Source: Lama glama
Lineage: Eukaryota
Length of the DNA: 64,000 bases
NCBI GenBank assembly: GCA_028534125.1
Contig: CM052817.1
Span: 66,404,001 to 66,468,000, forward strand
Reading direction: 5' to 3'
The translations under genes and the position numbers were made by a program. The notes under the pieces were generated by a model that did not search any database, was not told where the DNA came from, and saw only the letters and a program-made list of their open reading frames with translations. This document shows, piece after piece, positions 1 through 12,250 of this stretch (its first letter is position 1; each line of letters starts with the position of its first letter).

Positions 1-530
1 ATGAACTGTATAAACAACCTCCAACATATACTTTTAACCAATGAGGATGGATTTATAAAGGTAAAACTGCTTAGTCAAAGATACGTAAATTTTAAATGTT
101 AATTAAATGTTAATTTAACATTACATTTCGAAAGATTCTATCAATTTGCATTCTCACGAGTGGTGTATTAGAGGGCTTACCACCTGGCCAGAACTTGATG
201 GATGTTATGAAACCTTTTATTTCTTGCCAGTCTGGTAAGTGGAAGATGTCTTATCCTTATTTATATTTGCATTTTCCTAATTAGTACTCAGGCAGACCAT
301 GGTTTTGTTTTTTTTTTTTCTGCTCCTATTCATGTTCCTCCTCCTGCTCCTTTTTCTTGATTCTCTGGTTTCTTCTTCAGGGAATTCCCTTTTCCTTTCT
401 TTTTCTTATTCATTTTTAAGAATACGTGGTAAAGTACAAACATCAATTATTTTCTAGCTTTTATAAAATAAAATTCCCATAGACTTCCCATGGCCTCTTA
501 ACATTCTTTGTGTTTGTCAGAGGTACTTGT

Positions 531-653
531 TTTGGGTTTTTTGGGGGGATAATTAGGTTTATTTATTTATTTGTAATGGTGATCCTGGGGATTGAACTCG
601 GGACCTTGTGCTGACTAAGCAAGCACTTGACCACTGAGGTATACCCTACCCCC
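531..653 (-). mobile_element. tRNA-derived SINE, camelid (Vic-1-like) type
   Basis: ggggattgaactcgggacc...ccactgaggtataccc (reverse B/A boxes) with T-rich tail. 17-bp TSD ttgtca(g/c)aggtacttgt at 514-530 and 654-670. Confidence 0.85.
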
Positions 654-884
654 TTGTCACAGGTACTTGTGACTGACACAGTCGGATCTCTTTATTTTCC
701 CCTCTTTATGGTGTATGGATATCCTGTTTTATTTAAGAAGGCCACTTCTATTCAGCGTATATGTAATTATTTTTCTATATTTTATTCAAATATTTTTTAG
801 TTTTATTTTTTAATTTAGATTTTTAATTTGTCTTGCATTTTTCAAATGGTGTAAGGTTTTAGTTTTTAAAACAACATAAAGTGT

Positions 885-2260
885 CAACCAGTGGTGCTGG
901 AACAACTGGAAATCCACATGTGAATGAGTCTAGACATAGACCTTACATCCTGCACAGCAATTTACTCAAAATGGATCATAGACCTAAATGTAAAATGCAA
1001 ACCTACGAAACTCCTGGAAGACAACCCTGGAGAAAATACAGATGACTTTGGGTATGGTGATGACTTCTTAGATACACTATGAAGGCACGACCCATGAAAG
1101 AAATAATAATAAGCTGGACTTCATTAAAATTAAAAACTTATAATTTGCGAGAGACAATGTCAAGGGAATGAGAAGATAAGCCACAGGCTAGGAGAACATA
1201 TTTACAAAAGATACATCTGATAAAGGACTGCTATTCCAAGTGTACTAGGAACTCTCAAAATTCAGTGTAAGAAAACAAACAACCCAAGTGAAAAATAGGC
1301 AAAAGGCTTGGACAGACACCTGACCAAAGAAGACACAGTGATGGCAGATAAGCATATGAAAAGATGCTTCACGTCTTATGTCATCAGGAAAATACAAATT
1401 AAAACAACAATGAAATACCACTACACACTTATTAGAATGGCCAGAATCTAAAACACAATACCAAATGCTGGTGAGGATGTGGAACAACAGGAACTCATTG
1501 CTTTTGGGGATGCAAAATGGTACAGCCCCTTTGGAAGACAGTTTAGCAAACTCTTACAAAACTAAACATACATTTACCAAATGATCCAGCAGTCACATTC
1601 ATTGGTATGTATCCAAAGGAGTCGAAAACTTTATGTCCACACAAAACCTACACATTGATGTTTATAGCAGCTTTATTCGTAATTGCCAAAACGTGGAAGC
1701 CACCAAGATGTCCGTCAGCAGGTGAATGGATAAATTAACTGTGATATAGCCAGACAGTGGAATACTATTCAGTCTAACAAGAAATCAGCTATTAAGTAAG
1801 AAAAGACATGGCAAAAACTTAAATGCATATTACTAAGTGAAAGAAATTGATCTGAAAAGGCTACATACTGTATGATATCCACTATGTGATATGCAATACT
1901 TTAGAGACCGTAAAAAGGTCAGTGGTTGCCAGAGGTTAGGGGAGGGATAAACAGATGAATCACAAGGCATTTTTAGGGCAGTGAAAGTAGTCTATAAGAT
2001 GCCATAATGACAGATACATGTCATTATAGATTTTTTCAAACCCATGGAGTATACAGCACCAAAAATGAACTTTAAACTATGGACTTTGGGTGATTACAAT
2101 GTGTCAATGTAGGCTCATCAGTTGTAACAGATGTACCATTCTTGTAGGGAATGTTGATAATGGAAAAGGCTATGCATATATGAAAGCAGGGGTTATATGG
2201 GAAATCTCTATACTTTCCTTTTAATTTTGCTATGAATCTGAAACAGCTCTTAAGAAAAGT
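885..2260 (+). mobile_element. L1 3' fragment (ORF2 end + 3'UTR; L1MC-like)
   Basis: Typical L1 text: ggtgctggaacaactgga..., aatgctggtgaggatgtgga, actatggactttgggtgat. Confidence 0.9.
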
Positions 2261-3047
2261 CCCAAGAAAAACCAAATATGCTATGAAAAGGAAAACCTTG
2301 GACATTCATTCATCTATTCAGCATATAAACATTATATGAATGCCTACTGTGTGTCAGACACAGAGAATAAAGTGCACAATAACAATCTTTGCTATAAAAC
2401 ATCATGCTAGAAAACCTTGTTAGATAATATGATGCACAAAAATAAAGTAGCGCGATTCAACACGTACAAAACTAATACAGTCCAGTGAATGCTATTTCTG
2501 TCAAAGACAAAGACTGGGGAAATTACAAATTTATGCCTGAGATGCTGCTATTTGCTCGAAGCATTTTGAGAACTCTTTTTCTGAAACTTCCTTCAGAGCC
2601 TTTGACACATTGTAAACATTTTCAGGGGGGCAAATTTTCAGCTTTAGAATATATGAATGATATGATTTTTCAACGTAGCTGAATGGCTCTGTAGTTCAAA
2701 TATTTTCCTTCTCTATTGTTATTAATTTTCTTTTTCCCCTCTGACTGAAACTATTTCTATAACTGTAGATTTGTTCATACTTTCTGCTTATTTTCCCTTT
2801 ATATATTCCCAGACTGTGTTATTGGGAACATGTAACTTCATATTTACTACAAATTCTTGAAGGGTTAAATCATCATATTGTTCACCTTAAATTTGCACAG
2901 TATTATAAGCCAATTATATCTCAAAGCTGATAAAAAATTCTTGATGGATTATCTTTTATTGGTGTGAAATATCGCTCTATCTCCCTCTTAAGTCTATTTA
3001 ACGTAAGTTGTTTTGTATTTATGAATTAGTATTATATATACACAATC

Positions 3048-3321
3048 ATGGATTCAAGCAAATGCAGAACAAAAATATTGGAAAAAAATTCCAGAAAGTT
3101 CGAAATATCAAAATTTGAACTTGCTGTGTGCCAAAAACTATTTATATAGCATTTACATTGTATTAGGTATTATAAGTGATCTGGAGATAATTTAAAGTAT
3201 ACATGAGGATGTGCATAGGTTGTATGCAAATTCTGTGCCATTTTATATAAAGGACTTGAGCATCGACAGATTTTGATATCTACAGAGGATCCTGGAGCCA
3301 CTCCACCATGGATACCAAGGG

Positions 3322-3322
<1 letters not shown>
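3048..3322 (-). mobile_element. MER2B-like TcMar-Tigger DNA transposon
   Basis: tatagcatttacattgtattaggtattataagt...ggacttgagcatc...ggataccaaggga. Confidence 0.8.

Positions 3323-3323
<1 letters not shown>

Positions 3324-3352
<29 letters not shown>
3324..3352. repeat. (CA)n microsatellite
   Basis: Seen directly. Confidence 0.95.
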
Positions 3353-3356
<4 letters not shown>

Positions 3357-3739
3357 TATAATCCCTGTTAGTGAATCTTTGTTTTTATATTTGTCTTTTA
3401 CAAATAGCCACAGATGAATTTTACTCTTTTTATATAGCCTTAGCGTTGCTGTCTTTTAACTGAGGATTTTAGCCCATGTGAATTCTCATGTTATGCATCT
3501 ATGTATGTACATATCTGCCGAGGTTATTATCTGCAGTTTCATTTTGTGCTTTCTATTTGCCATGTTTTCTCTTATATTATGTCTCTATTCTTTTTGTTTC
3601 TTCTACAGTTGAGAAATTATGCATAGTATTTTCATTTTTAATAGTTGCCTCTAACTTTTATAATATAAATTTAAAATCTGATATTTTCCTACCCAAATCT
3701 AAAGTTTAGAAATATCTATATCCTCTTCCTGAATAAGAC

Positions 3740-3975
3740 AAAGACCATAGTGATAAAGTTTGGGGACTTTAAGTTGAGACGTCTCTGAAGAATCATCTCA
3801 GCTTCCAAGTTTTTGTGGCATTGACTGAAATTAGGTGGCTGTTGCAACTGCATCTCAGCCCATCTTGCCCCTCTGCCCAGTCCTGCTTCCATTGTCTCCT
3901 CATAGCACTCTGCAAAAACCTTCCTGGACACCAATCTTAGCAACTCAGAAAGTACTCCTAGAGAAGCCAAACAGC
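3740..3975 (+). mobile_element. ERVL LTR fragment (LTR16-like)
   Basis: ctgcatctcagcccatcttgcccctctgcccagtcctgcttcc... Confidence 0.65.
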
Positions 3976-5119
3976 AACACTCAGGTTGTCCTCAGTCTGA
4001 GCACAGTTTTACTCTGGGCTTACGGTGGTTTACACCTGTTTTAGCTTTTGAGTGGAGTCTTTAAAATGTGTAATTGATGGGCCCTCAGTTTAATTTTGAC
4101 ACAAATCCTCCCTTCAGAATTGAGGGTCTTACAGCATGAACAAAAAACAATAGAAGTTCAACTTAAATGTCCATATTTCTAAGAGATTGTTTAAAGATTA
4201 AGTTCATTTTTGTGTTTAACATTACTTACGAAGATTTCTTGTTCTGCACAAAGTACACATAACAAGGGCAAATCAACAAGGATACAAAATGAAATAATTT
4301 GATTTACAATAATAACTGACAGTGGCCACCTACTGTTTGTGTTAAATATGGATTGTGTCCAGTATTGCCATCATTTATGAAACTAGAGATAGTCCCTCTT
4401 TTTTACTTCTGATATTCAGAATAGGCATAAATGAATAAAGACATGACAGGTTTGATGATTAAAAGAGTGGCAGAGTTCCAAATTCCCTGCATTAGTAAGT
4501 TCATTATGAGTTGTACTTTGTAGCCTAGTGAAGTAATACAGGGGCAGTCAGTATAAATTAAACATGGATATTTATAGTTACCATCCTTTTGACATAAGGG
4601 CTACCTGGAGGGATAACACTTGCTTAACTTTCTTAAAGAAAATATAAATGAAAAGGCATAAAAACATATTGAAAACTAGAATAGATTAAATATTGTTTTA
4701 GCCACGTTTACTTGGTCCCAACACCAGGGAGTGATTATTGTGACTAAGATGCCAGAGTAATGGATGCTAAATTATCCATAACCTAAAAAATCTTCAAAAC
4801 CTAAGTTAAGTATTTCTGGAATAAGCCTGATTTTATTGTGCAAATGTAAAGTGAATCTGAATTAATTCCAATGAAAGCTATGAATTTAATGACAAGAGCA
4901 CTGGCCTTTGAGCTTCTGTTCACCAAGGATGTAGTTCTGTCCTACAGGCCAGTTACTGAATATGCCTGACGCTCAATTTCTTTACTATGAAAGGTATGAT
5001 GCCTAAATTACAGCACTATTTTAGAGGATAAGGTAGGATAGTAAAAATCATTCTTCCTAGGAGAAGCTGGGAGCCTATTGAATATTTGTTTAAATAGCAA
5101 CATTATTTAAAATAAGAGA

Positions 5120-5570
5120 ATATTTGTTTATTACCAACCTTCTTCCAAAACAAGATTGTACTTTACAGTGATGCATAAAATATGACAAAAGAAAAGAAAT
5201 TGGAACAGAGGAGAAAGAGATTTAAAACAATAACAAGAAGGTGGAGAAAAAAGGAGCCAAGATAAGACTACCAGAAAAACTAAAGGGCCTATACACAACT
5301 TAAATGGAGGCCTCAAGTTTAGCTCTAACTTTCTGGAACTCACATGCAAAAGCAGACCTCATTAGTTACACAACACCGTTGCTCAGGGGTCAGTAACCGA
5401 ATCTCTGTTCTTGGTACTAAGAGCTGGCAAAGATTTCTCCTGAGGTTCTTCATAAAGAGTACATTGTTGGAAGTAATAAACAGCATTCTCAATGGTATCC
5501 TTAAAATAGATGCAGTGACAACAACTTTATAGAACTGTTTCTAAATGGGTTCCTTGAATTATTCCAAGGA
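5120..5570 (-). mobile_element. Mam_R4-like (Dong/R4 clade) LINE fossil
   Basis: tttagctctaactttctgg...agatttctcctgaggttcttcataaagag. The - strand reads CHCIYFKDTIENAVYYFQQCTLYEEPQEK, a degenerate CCHC knuckle. Confidence 0.65.
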
Positions 5571-6234
5571 GAAACTCAGGAAACATACTTCTGTGGATGG
5601 CAAGGCAAGGGCAAGACTTTTAAGTCTTGCTTGTTTACCAAAGGGTGCTGAGAAATATAGGGGCAAAAGAAGCCATTGCAGTCTAGGTAATCGGCTTAAC
5701 ATAGGGTTATATTTTAGGATTTCTGAAAGAGGGAAGGTCTTGTGCCCTTCATATGAGTCAGTCATCTTGAACACTGTTTCTCTCACAGAGAAATTTTAAA
5801 TAAAAAGAACAGTAAGCCTAAATTGTAATCCTTGGAAAATGCAAAATGAGAAGCTATTCTATGTCACTTGTTCTGCTCATTTAAAAAATGTTGGAGCACT
5901 ATGACCCAACTACTGTGCTGGGGAAACACACCACAGCATTGTAGTTCTGAAAACTGTGTTTGTGCCTATGTATTGGTATATCTCTGTAGCTGTCTCTACA
6001 TCTGTATTTTGTACCTATATCTATACCTATGTCTATACATCCGCCCAACACATAGATATCCAGAAACATCGGGTGTTGGTGCCTGTCATCATCAGGTTTG
6101 ACAGAGACAAGTAAAAGGCAATGGCAGTTCAGCCCCATAAACCTGATGAAATAATCAGTCTGAAGGTTGTATTATCCTTCTTTTAAGGGCATATAAATAG
6201 CTTGACAGGATTTGTAAGTAAGTTGAAAGGCATT

Positions 6235-7018
6235 TTTTTTAACATTTTTTATTGATTTATAATCATTTTACAATGTTGTGTCAAATTCCAGTGTTCAGCA
6301 CAATTTTTCAGTCATTCATGGACATATACACACTCATTGTCACATTTTTTTCTCTGTGAGTTATNNNNNNNNNNNNNNNNNNNNNNNNNNNNNNNNNNNN
6401 NNNNNNNNNNNNNNNNNNNNNNNNNNNNNNNNNNNNNNNNNNNNNNNNNNNNNNNNNNNNNNNNNNNNNNNNNNNNNNNNNNNNNNNNNNNNNNNNNNNN
6501 NNNNNNNNNNNNNNNNNNNNNNNNNNNNNNNNNNNNNNNNNNNNNNNNNNNNNNNNNNNNNNNNNNNNNNNNNNNNNNNNNNNNNNNNNNNNNNNNNNNN
6601 NNNNNNNNNNNNNNNNNNNNNNNNNNNNNNNNNNNNNNNNNNNNNNNNNNNNNNNNNNNNNNNNNNNNNNNNNNNNNNNNNNNNNNNNNNNNNNNNNNNN
6701 NNNNNNNNNNNNNNNNNNNNNNNNNNNNNNNNNNNNNNNNNNNNNNNNNNNNNNNNNNNNNNNNNNNNNNNNNNNNNNNNNNNNNNNNNNNNNNNNNNNN
6801 NNNNNNNNNNNNNNNNNNNNNNNNNNNNNNNNNNNNNNNNNNNNNNNNNNNNNNNNNNNNNNNNTTTGGCGTCTTTATCTTTTGAAGAGGGCGATGATCT
6901 GTTGGAGTTCCGCAGGTTCTCTGTTTGGCTGAGTGGGTCAGTAGATGTGGGTCTTGGTGTATTTGTGGGAGAGGGTGACTTACAAGCGTCCTTCTACTCC
7001 GCCATCTTGCCTCTTCTC
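6235..7018 (-). mobile_element. Young, probably full-length L1 collapsed across the gap
   Basis: Poly-T and L1 3' UTR left of the gap. L1 5' end with YY1-type CAAGATGGCG (reverse strand) right of it. TSD GAAAGGCATT at 6225-6234 and 7019-7028. Confidence 0.85.
6365..6864. other. Assembly gap (500 N)
   Basis: Run of N seen directly. Confidence 1.
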
Positions 7019-7215
7019 GAAAGGCATTATATCTGGTTCAGAGAGAAAATTATTTTTTCTTTCCCTTATAATGTTATCAAAATTCATACCCACCATTCTA
7101 GACTGATAGTTCCTTTAAGGTCAGTTAAACATACAATCTTTCAAGAAGTGATTTTCTAATAAGTGAAGTTTATCCACTTAATTGATAATAAAAATGAATC
7201 CCCTTAGATATAAAC

Positions 7216-7700
7216 CTTTAAAAAATGGAGTGGATATATTTTGTGAACAACATCAAACATTCTGAAAATCTGTAATTATGTGATTGAATAATATCGGCCA
7301 AGACTACTGAGGTGGGTTGGTGTTTTGTCCCTGCCTATGGTATCCAAAAATGATGACATTTTGTATACTTTGTCTACCATCAGTCTGTTGTCTCATTTTT
7401 TCCCTCTTGTCTTCAGTCTGACTGTAGCCCTTATGAGTTGGGGAATCAGTACCACCTTTTAAATACCATGCAGAATAGGTTAAGAGAATCTGAAAGAGTG
7501 TGGGAGATGCTTTCCTACGAAGACTACTTGGATTTAGTGCATAGATTCAATTACGTCAATATTAACTGCTCAAAGAAATTCTGTATCTTCTCACTTGATG
7601 GGCTTCACACAGATAGTTGGATGTATTTGGTAAAGGACATTTGGATAAATTAAGTTCTATCATCGTCACAATTTTCTTACTTAACTCAGAGCTTTGTTAT
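7216..7700 (-). pseudogene. Pseudo-exon(s) between UPA-like and death-domain-like regions
   Basis: Reads KKIVTMIELNLSKCPLP, then LMVDKVYKMSSFLDTIGRDKTPTHLSSLGRYYSIT*LQIFRMFDVVHKIYPLHFLK. Candidate acceptors at 7700 and about 7489; boundaries uncertain. Confidence 0.4.
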
Positions 7701-7904
7701 CTATTTTGCCGAGGAATAAAATAACTAAATTAATTTTAATAAGGAATAGAAGTTGCTAAGGGAGATAAATATTCTTACTTAAGATAGTAATAATAACAAT
7801 AGTTATTCTAATCTAATGAAGTTGAAATGGTGGCTTGGTGGCTCGCATGTACTAGGCACTATATTAAGCATTTTCTCTCTAAAAGTTAATTTAACCCTTC
7901 ACTG

Positions 7905-8440
7905 GGGAATTGCTTGTTTATGTCTTCTGCCCATTTTTGGACTGGGTATTTTGTTGTTGTTAAGTTGTACGAGGTCTTTATATATTCTGGAAATTAAACC
8001 TTTGTTAGTCACATCATTTGCAGATATTTTCTCCCATTTGATAGGTTGTCATTTTGTTTGCTTATGGTTTTCTTTGCTGTGCTAAAGCTTGTAAGTTTGA
8101 TTAGGTCCCACTTGTTTATTTTTGCTTTCATTTCTATTGCCTGCGTAGATAGCCCTAGGAAAACATTGCTAAGATTTATGTCAGAGAATGTTTGCCTATG
8201 TTTTCCTCTAGGAAGTGTATCGTGTCTCATCTTATATTTAAGTCTTTAAGCCATTTTGAGTTTATTTTTGTGTGTGAAGTGAGGGAGTAGTCTAATTTCA
8301 TTGATTTACATGCTGCTGTCCAGTTTTTCCCAACACCACTTGCTGAAGAGACTCTTTTCTCCATTGTATATTCTTGCCTCCTTTGTTGAAGATTAACTGA
8401 CAATAGGTCTGTGGGTTTATTTCTGGGCTCTCTATTTAAT
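7905..8440 (-). mobile_element. L1 ORF2 fragment
   Basis: ORF-track peptides KAKINKWDLIKL and [15 protein letters not shown] are L1 ORF2 motifs. Confidence 0.9.
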
Positions 8441-8619
8441 CCTCCCCAAATACACAGAGTTGATATCATTTGGTGAAAAATGTCTTCATAATGCTCTCAT
8501 TCTTAAAGAATGAGGCATTTTTACTTAGTATAAAATTCTGTGAGAAATTTATTACAAGACAGTTTCACTGAGTGTAAATATATATATCACTTTAAAGATG
8601 GTTGATATGTCCTATTGTC

Positions 8620-11250
8620 CATTTAAAAGAATATATACACCTGGCTTTTTTCATTTGATGTAACATTGTGAGATTCATGTATCTTATTGCATGCAATAGT
8701 AATTTACTTTTAATGATGAGTAATATTTCAAAATAAGAATATGCCACAATTTGTGTATTCATTCTCTTGATCAGTAGGCATTTGAGTTGGTTTTAGTGTC
8801 TAGCTAATATGAATAAAATTTCTATGAACTTTCTCATTCAGTTCTGTTAATGGATATATGTCTTCCTTTCTCTTGTACCAATATGAAGTGGTACAGTGGA
8901 TGAGTTCTAGGAAAGTTATATGTTTAACATTAAGAAGACAAACTGTTAAAATTTTTCCTAAAGAGATTATACCATTTCACTCTCCCATCAGTGTATGAGA
9001 GTTTCAGCTGCCATATATCCTCACCAATATTTGAAACTGTCAATCTTTTTTTAGCCATTCTATTAAATATATATTAATGTTTCATTATGTCTTTAATTTG
9101 CATTTCTCTGATGACTTATGGTGTGTATACATTTTCATGTGCTAATTACTGACTTTTTAATATCTCTTTTGTGAGGTCTGTTCAAACATCTTGTCCACTG
9201 GTTAGTTTTGTCAATTGTTTCTTTTTTATTATTGAATGGTGATAATTTTTTTTTCTTAAGGGCATCTACTGATTGACAAAAGTTTTTAATTTGGAAGAAA
9301 TTTATCATTTTCTTCCCTTATTATTGCTGCTTTATGTGTCCCTTTCGAGAATTTGCCTACAGTCAGGTCATGAAGATATTCTCTGATTTCTGTCTTCAAG
9401 TAGGTTTATAGTTTAGCTTTTGTTTATATTTTTAAGTCTAGGTCCATAATCCATTTCAAACAATTTTTTGTATAGCATGAGGTAAACATTGAAGTTCACT
9501 CTTTTCCCGTATGGATATCCGGTTATACTAGCAACGTTTAATGAAAACACTTTTCTTTTAATTGCTTCGGTATCTGTAAGAAGTCAATTGACTGTATAAG
9601 TAAGGGTCTGTTTCTGGAACTTATTTTTTGTTTTATTGATCAAATTTTCTGCTCTTATGCCAATATCATGCAGTTTTGATTATTGTAAATTTATACTAAT
9701 CCACAGTCTACCCAGAGCCAATATACCACTTCACATAACTTGTAAGACTCGTTCAACGGTAAAAACTCCATTTACTCTTTCCTTTGTGCCTCTGTTGGTA
9801 TATATTACACCTTCATGTTTTAAGCCCTACAATTAAATGCCATAATTTTTCTTTTAAAGGGTCATGTGTTCTGTAATAAATAATGAAAAGAAAAAATTGT
9901 CTAGTGTCCTATATTTTCTCAGATTCCATTTCCTGTTCTCTTTATTCCTTCCTATATATGCACCTTGCTGTCTTGCATCATTTTCTCTCAGCCTGAAGAA
10001 TTTTCCTTGACTTTTTTCTAAAATACAGAATATATGCTGGCAATGAACTTCTTCAATTTTTATTTTAAAATATCTTTATTTTGCCAGTATTTTTGAAATA
10101 TATTTTGCTACATATGTAATTTCAGATCAACAGGTTTTTTTGCTTTAAGCATGTTAAGTTATTCTATTATTATCACTGTTCCCATTTATGTAATGTGTCA
10201 TTATTTGCTGACTGCTATCATAATTATCTTTTTGTCTGTTTTTTAGTAATTTTATTGTGGTATTTTAGTGGTTTTATTTAGTAGTTTTATTGTGACCCAT
10301 ATATGATTAGTTTTATATTTATTCTTTTTGGAGTTCACTTTGTTTCTTGGATATTTAAGGTCACATTCCTTGACTAGATTTGAGGAATTTGAATCATTAT
10401 TTCTTTGCCTTTTTTTGTTTTTACCCTATTTTCTCTCTCTTCTTTTTTTCTGGAACTCCAATTAAACATAAATGAGTGTGCTTGATATTACCTACATGTT
10501 ATTGAGGATCTGTTATTTTTTATGTTGATTTATTATGCCATCTTCAATCTGCCAATAAGTCATCCATTATACTTTTCATTTCAATGTTGTACATTTTAGT
10601 TCTTTGATTTTCATTTAGTTCTTTTTTATAGTTGCCATTTTCTGCTGATATACCTCATTCATTCTTTTTATTTTGAAAATATTTTTTTGAACATATAATG
10701 GCCGCTAATTCCAACACCTGGGAATCCCTTGGTTGTTTTCTAATGACTGTTTTCTACCTTAATTATGTATCTTATTTTCCTATTTTATTCACATTTCTTC
10801 GAAAAAAATTAACTTACATTCTAGAAATTTAGGATATGCTATACAGACACTGGATTTTGTTATTTTCCACTGAAGAGTGTTTATTTTTGCTCTAGCAGGT
10901 AACTATTTTAACTGGATTCAAATTCAAAACTAAATCTCTTCTGCAGAGGGCAACAGAAGGAATTTCTACTGTTCTTTCAGTCTTCTAGCTGATACTTTTC
11001 ACTATCATCCCTGGATTCTCTCTGTCTCCCTCAAGTACATTTCAGGTGTCAGCCAAGAACTTTGCAAAAGTGTGTATGAAGAGTTTGGGTCTTCCTGTTC
11101 TGTAGCCTATTCATTTCAAACCTTTGTCTCTCACTTTACATTAACTCCCACAACTTTGAACTTCATCCTCCGACTCTTTGAGATAATAAATGTGGGTTTC
11201 TGCTTTTGTATTCTAGCTACTTTGTGCCACACATACTGATGTGCCCTCAT
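8620..11250 (-). mobile_element. Old L1 (L1M) fragments
   Basis: T-rich reverse L1 text (tttaatttgcatttctctgatgac, tttctggaactccaatta). Confidence 0.75.
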
Positions 11251-11259
11251 GAGGAAAGT

Positions 11260-11277
11260 ATGTGTGTGTGTGTGCGC

Positions 11278-11320
<43 letters not shown>
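11260..11320. repeat. (TG)n(TA)n compound microsatellite
   Basis: Seen directly. Confidence 0.95.
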
Positions 11321-11321
<1 letters not shown>

Positions 11322-11574
11322 TAGAGTTTGATTGTTATCTGTGTGAGCATTGTCCAATATAATATCTGTCTTATTTGAGCCAAAAATTCTTACTTTGATT
11401 GTGGCCTCTGAATATGTCTATTTATTTATTCTTTGCCTATTGAGCAATAAATTTTTAAAATACTCATTTTTATATTGGCAGAAATTTTATAATGTCCAGA
11501 CTACTCTGAAAATAAAAGTTGCTAAACTACTTTTAGCTTGATAATATGGTAAGGCATTATTCCAATGCATTTAC

Positions 11575-11658
11575 CTCAGAAAATAATAACATTTCTATAA
11601 AGCATTCCTGTAACTTGATTTGAACATTACAATGTTCTGGAGTGTACACCAAGGTAAA
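11575..11658 (-). pseudogene. Pseudo-exon, 84 bp (UPA-like region)
   Basis: Acceptor tgtttcacaaatag|T and donor GAG|gtaaat. One open frame: FTLVYTPEHCNVQIKLQECFIEMLLFSE. Confidence 0.45.
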
Positions 11659-11699
11659 CTATTTGTGAAACAGACATCAAGATAATTAAATAAGAAAGC

Positions 11700-11900
11700 T
11701 TGGTTATGGAATTTTCCTGGCTCTGTCATTTACTAACATTTTTGACCTTGGGCAATTTAATTACCCTCTATACCCTTGTTTCTCATTTGAAAAAGAAAAT
11801 AATAATGCCAACCTTGGAAACTTGTTGTGAAAATAAAATGAGAAAATATTGGAACCTGCATGATCTGCATAGCACAGAGTGGATATTGTATAAGTTATAC
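11700..11900 (+). mobile_element. MIR SINE
   Basis: cctggctctgtcatttact...tgaccttgggcaatttaatt...tttctcatttgaaaa core. Confidence 0.75.
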
Positions 11901-12166
11901 ATCAGTTATAAATTGAGGAACACCTACAAAAATAATTTTACTTTTAAAGTAATTGATTTCTAGTTATTCATTCTAGACGTAGACAATGAGCAATTTCAGT
12001 TGGTGAATATTCAGGCCCATTTTATTTAGTAGTAATAGGACAATGATGTTCTATTAATTTGAAGTATACTTGTCAATTTCTCATATATATATACACACAA
12101 GCACCCATATATAGGTACACTGTATCATTAAAGAAGAATTTCAAAAGAAGAGAGAACTGAACATAC

Positions 12167-12250
12167 CTTGTTTTGTCCTGTGAGAAATTTTTATTTCTCT
12201 AGAGACCTTTTCTATGAAATCCGACTACTGAGAATATTGTTTATTGGAGT
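12167..12250 (-). pseudogene. Pseudo-exon, 84 bp
   Basis: Acceptor ttcattatcatgcag|A and donor AAG|gtatgt. Phase-compatible with the previous exon: (F)DSNKQYSQ*SDFIEKVSREIKISHRTKQ. Confidence 0.5.

Larger units (their letters stand above)
4130..7155 (-). pseudogene. Small pseudo-exons (7155-7090, 4782-4712, 4631-4582, about 4272-4130) of a death-domain-like C-terminus
   Basis: Fragments IVCLTDLKGTISLEW; MDNLASI; LSLQVALMSKGW; LVDLPLLCVLC. They follow the death-domain pattern 'L..+...+..EW..LA..LG...L..Q...ML..W...L...L'. Several have canonical AG/GT ends. Confidence 0.35.

Noticed and set aside
575..653. tRNA gene
   Set aside because: tRNA-like head of a SINE, with a tail and TSD.
6278..7159. 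293-aa and 182-aa ORFs
   Set aside because: Artefacts of translating through the N gap inside an L1.
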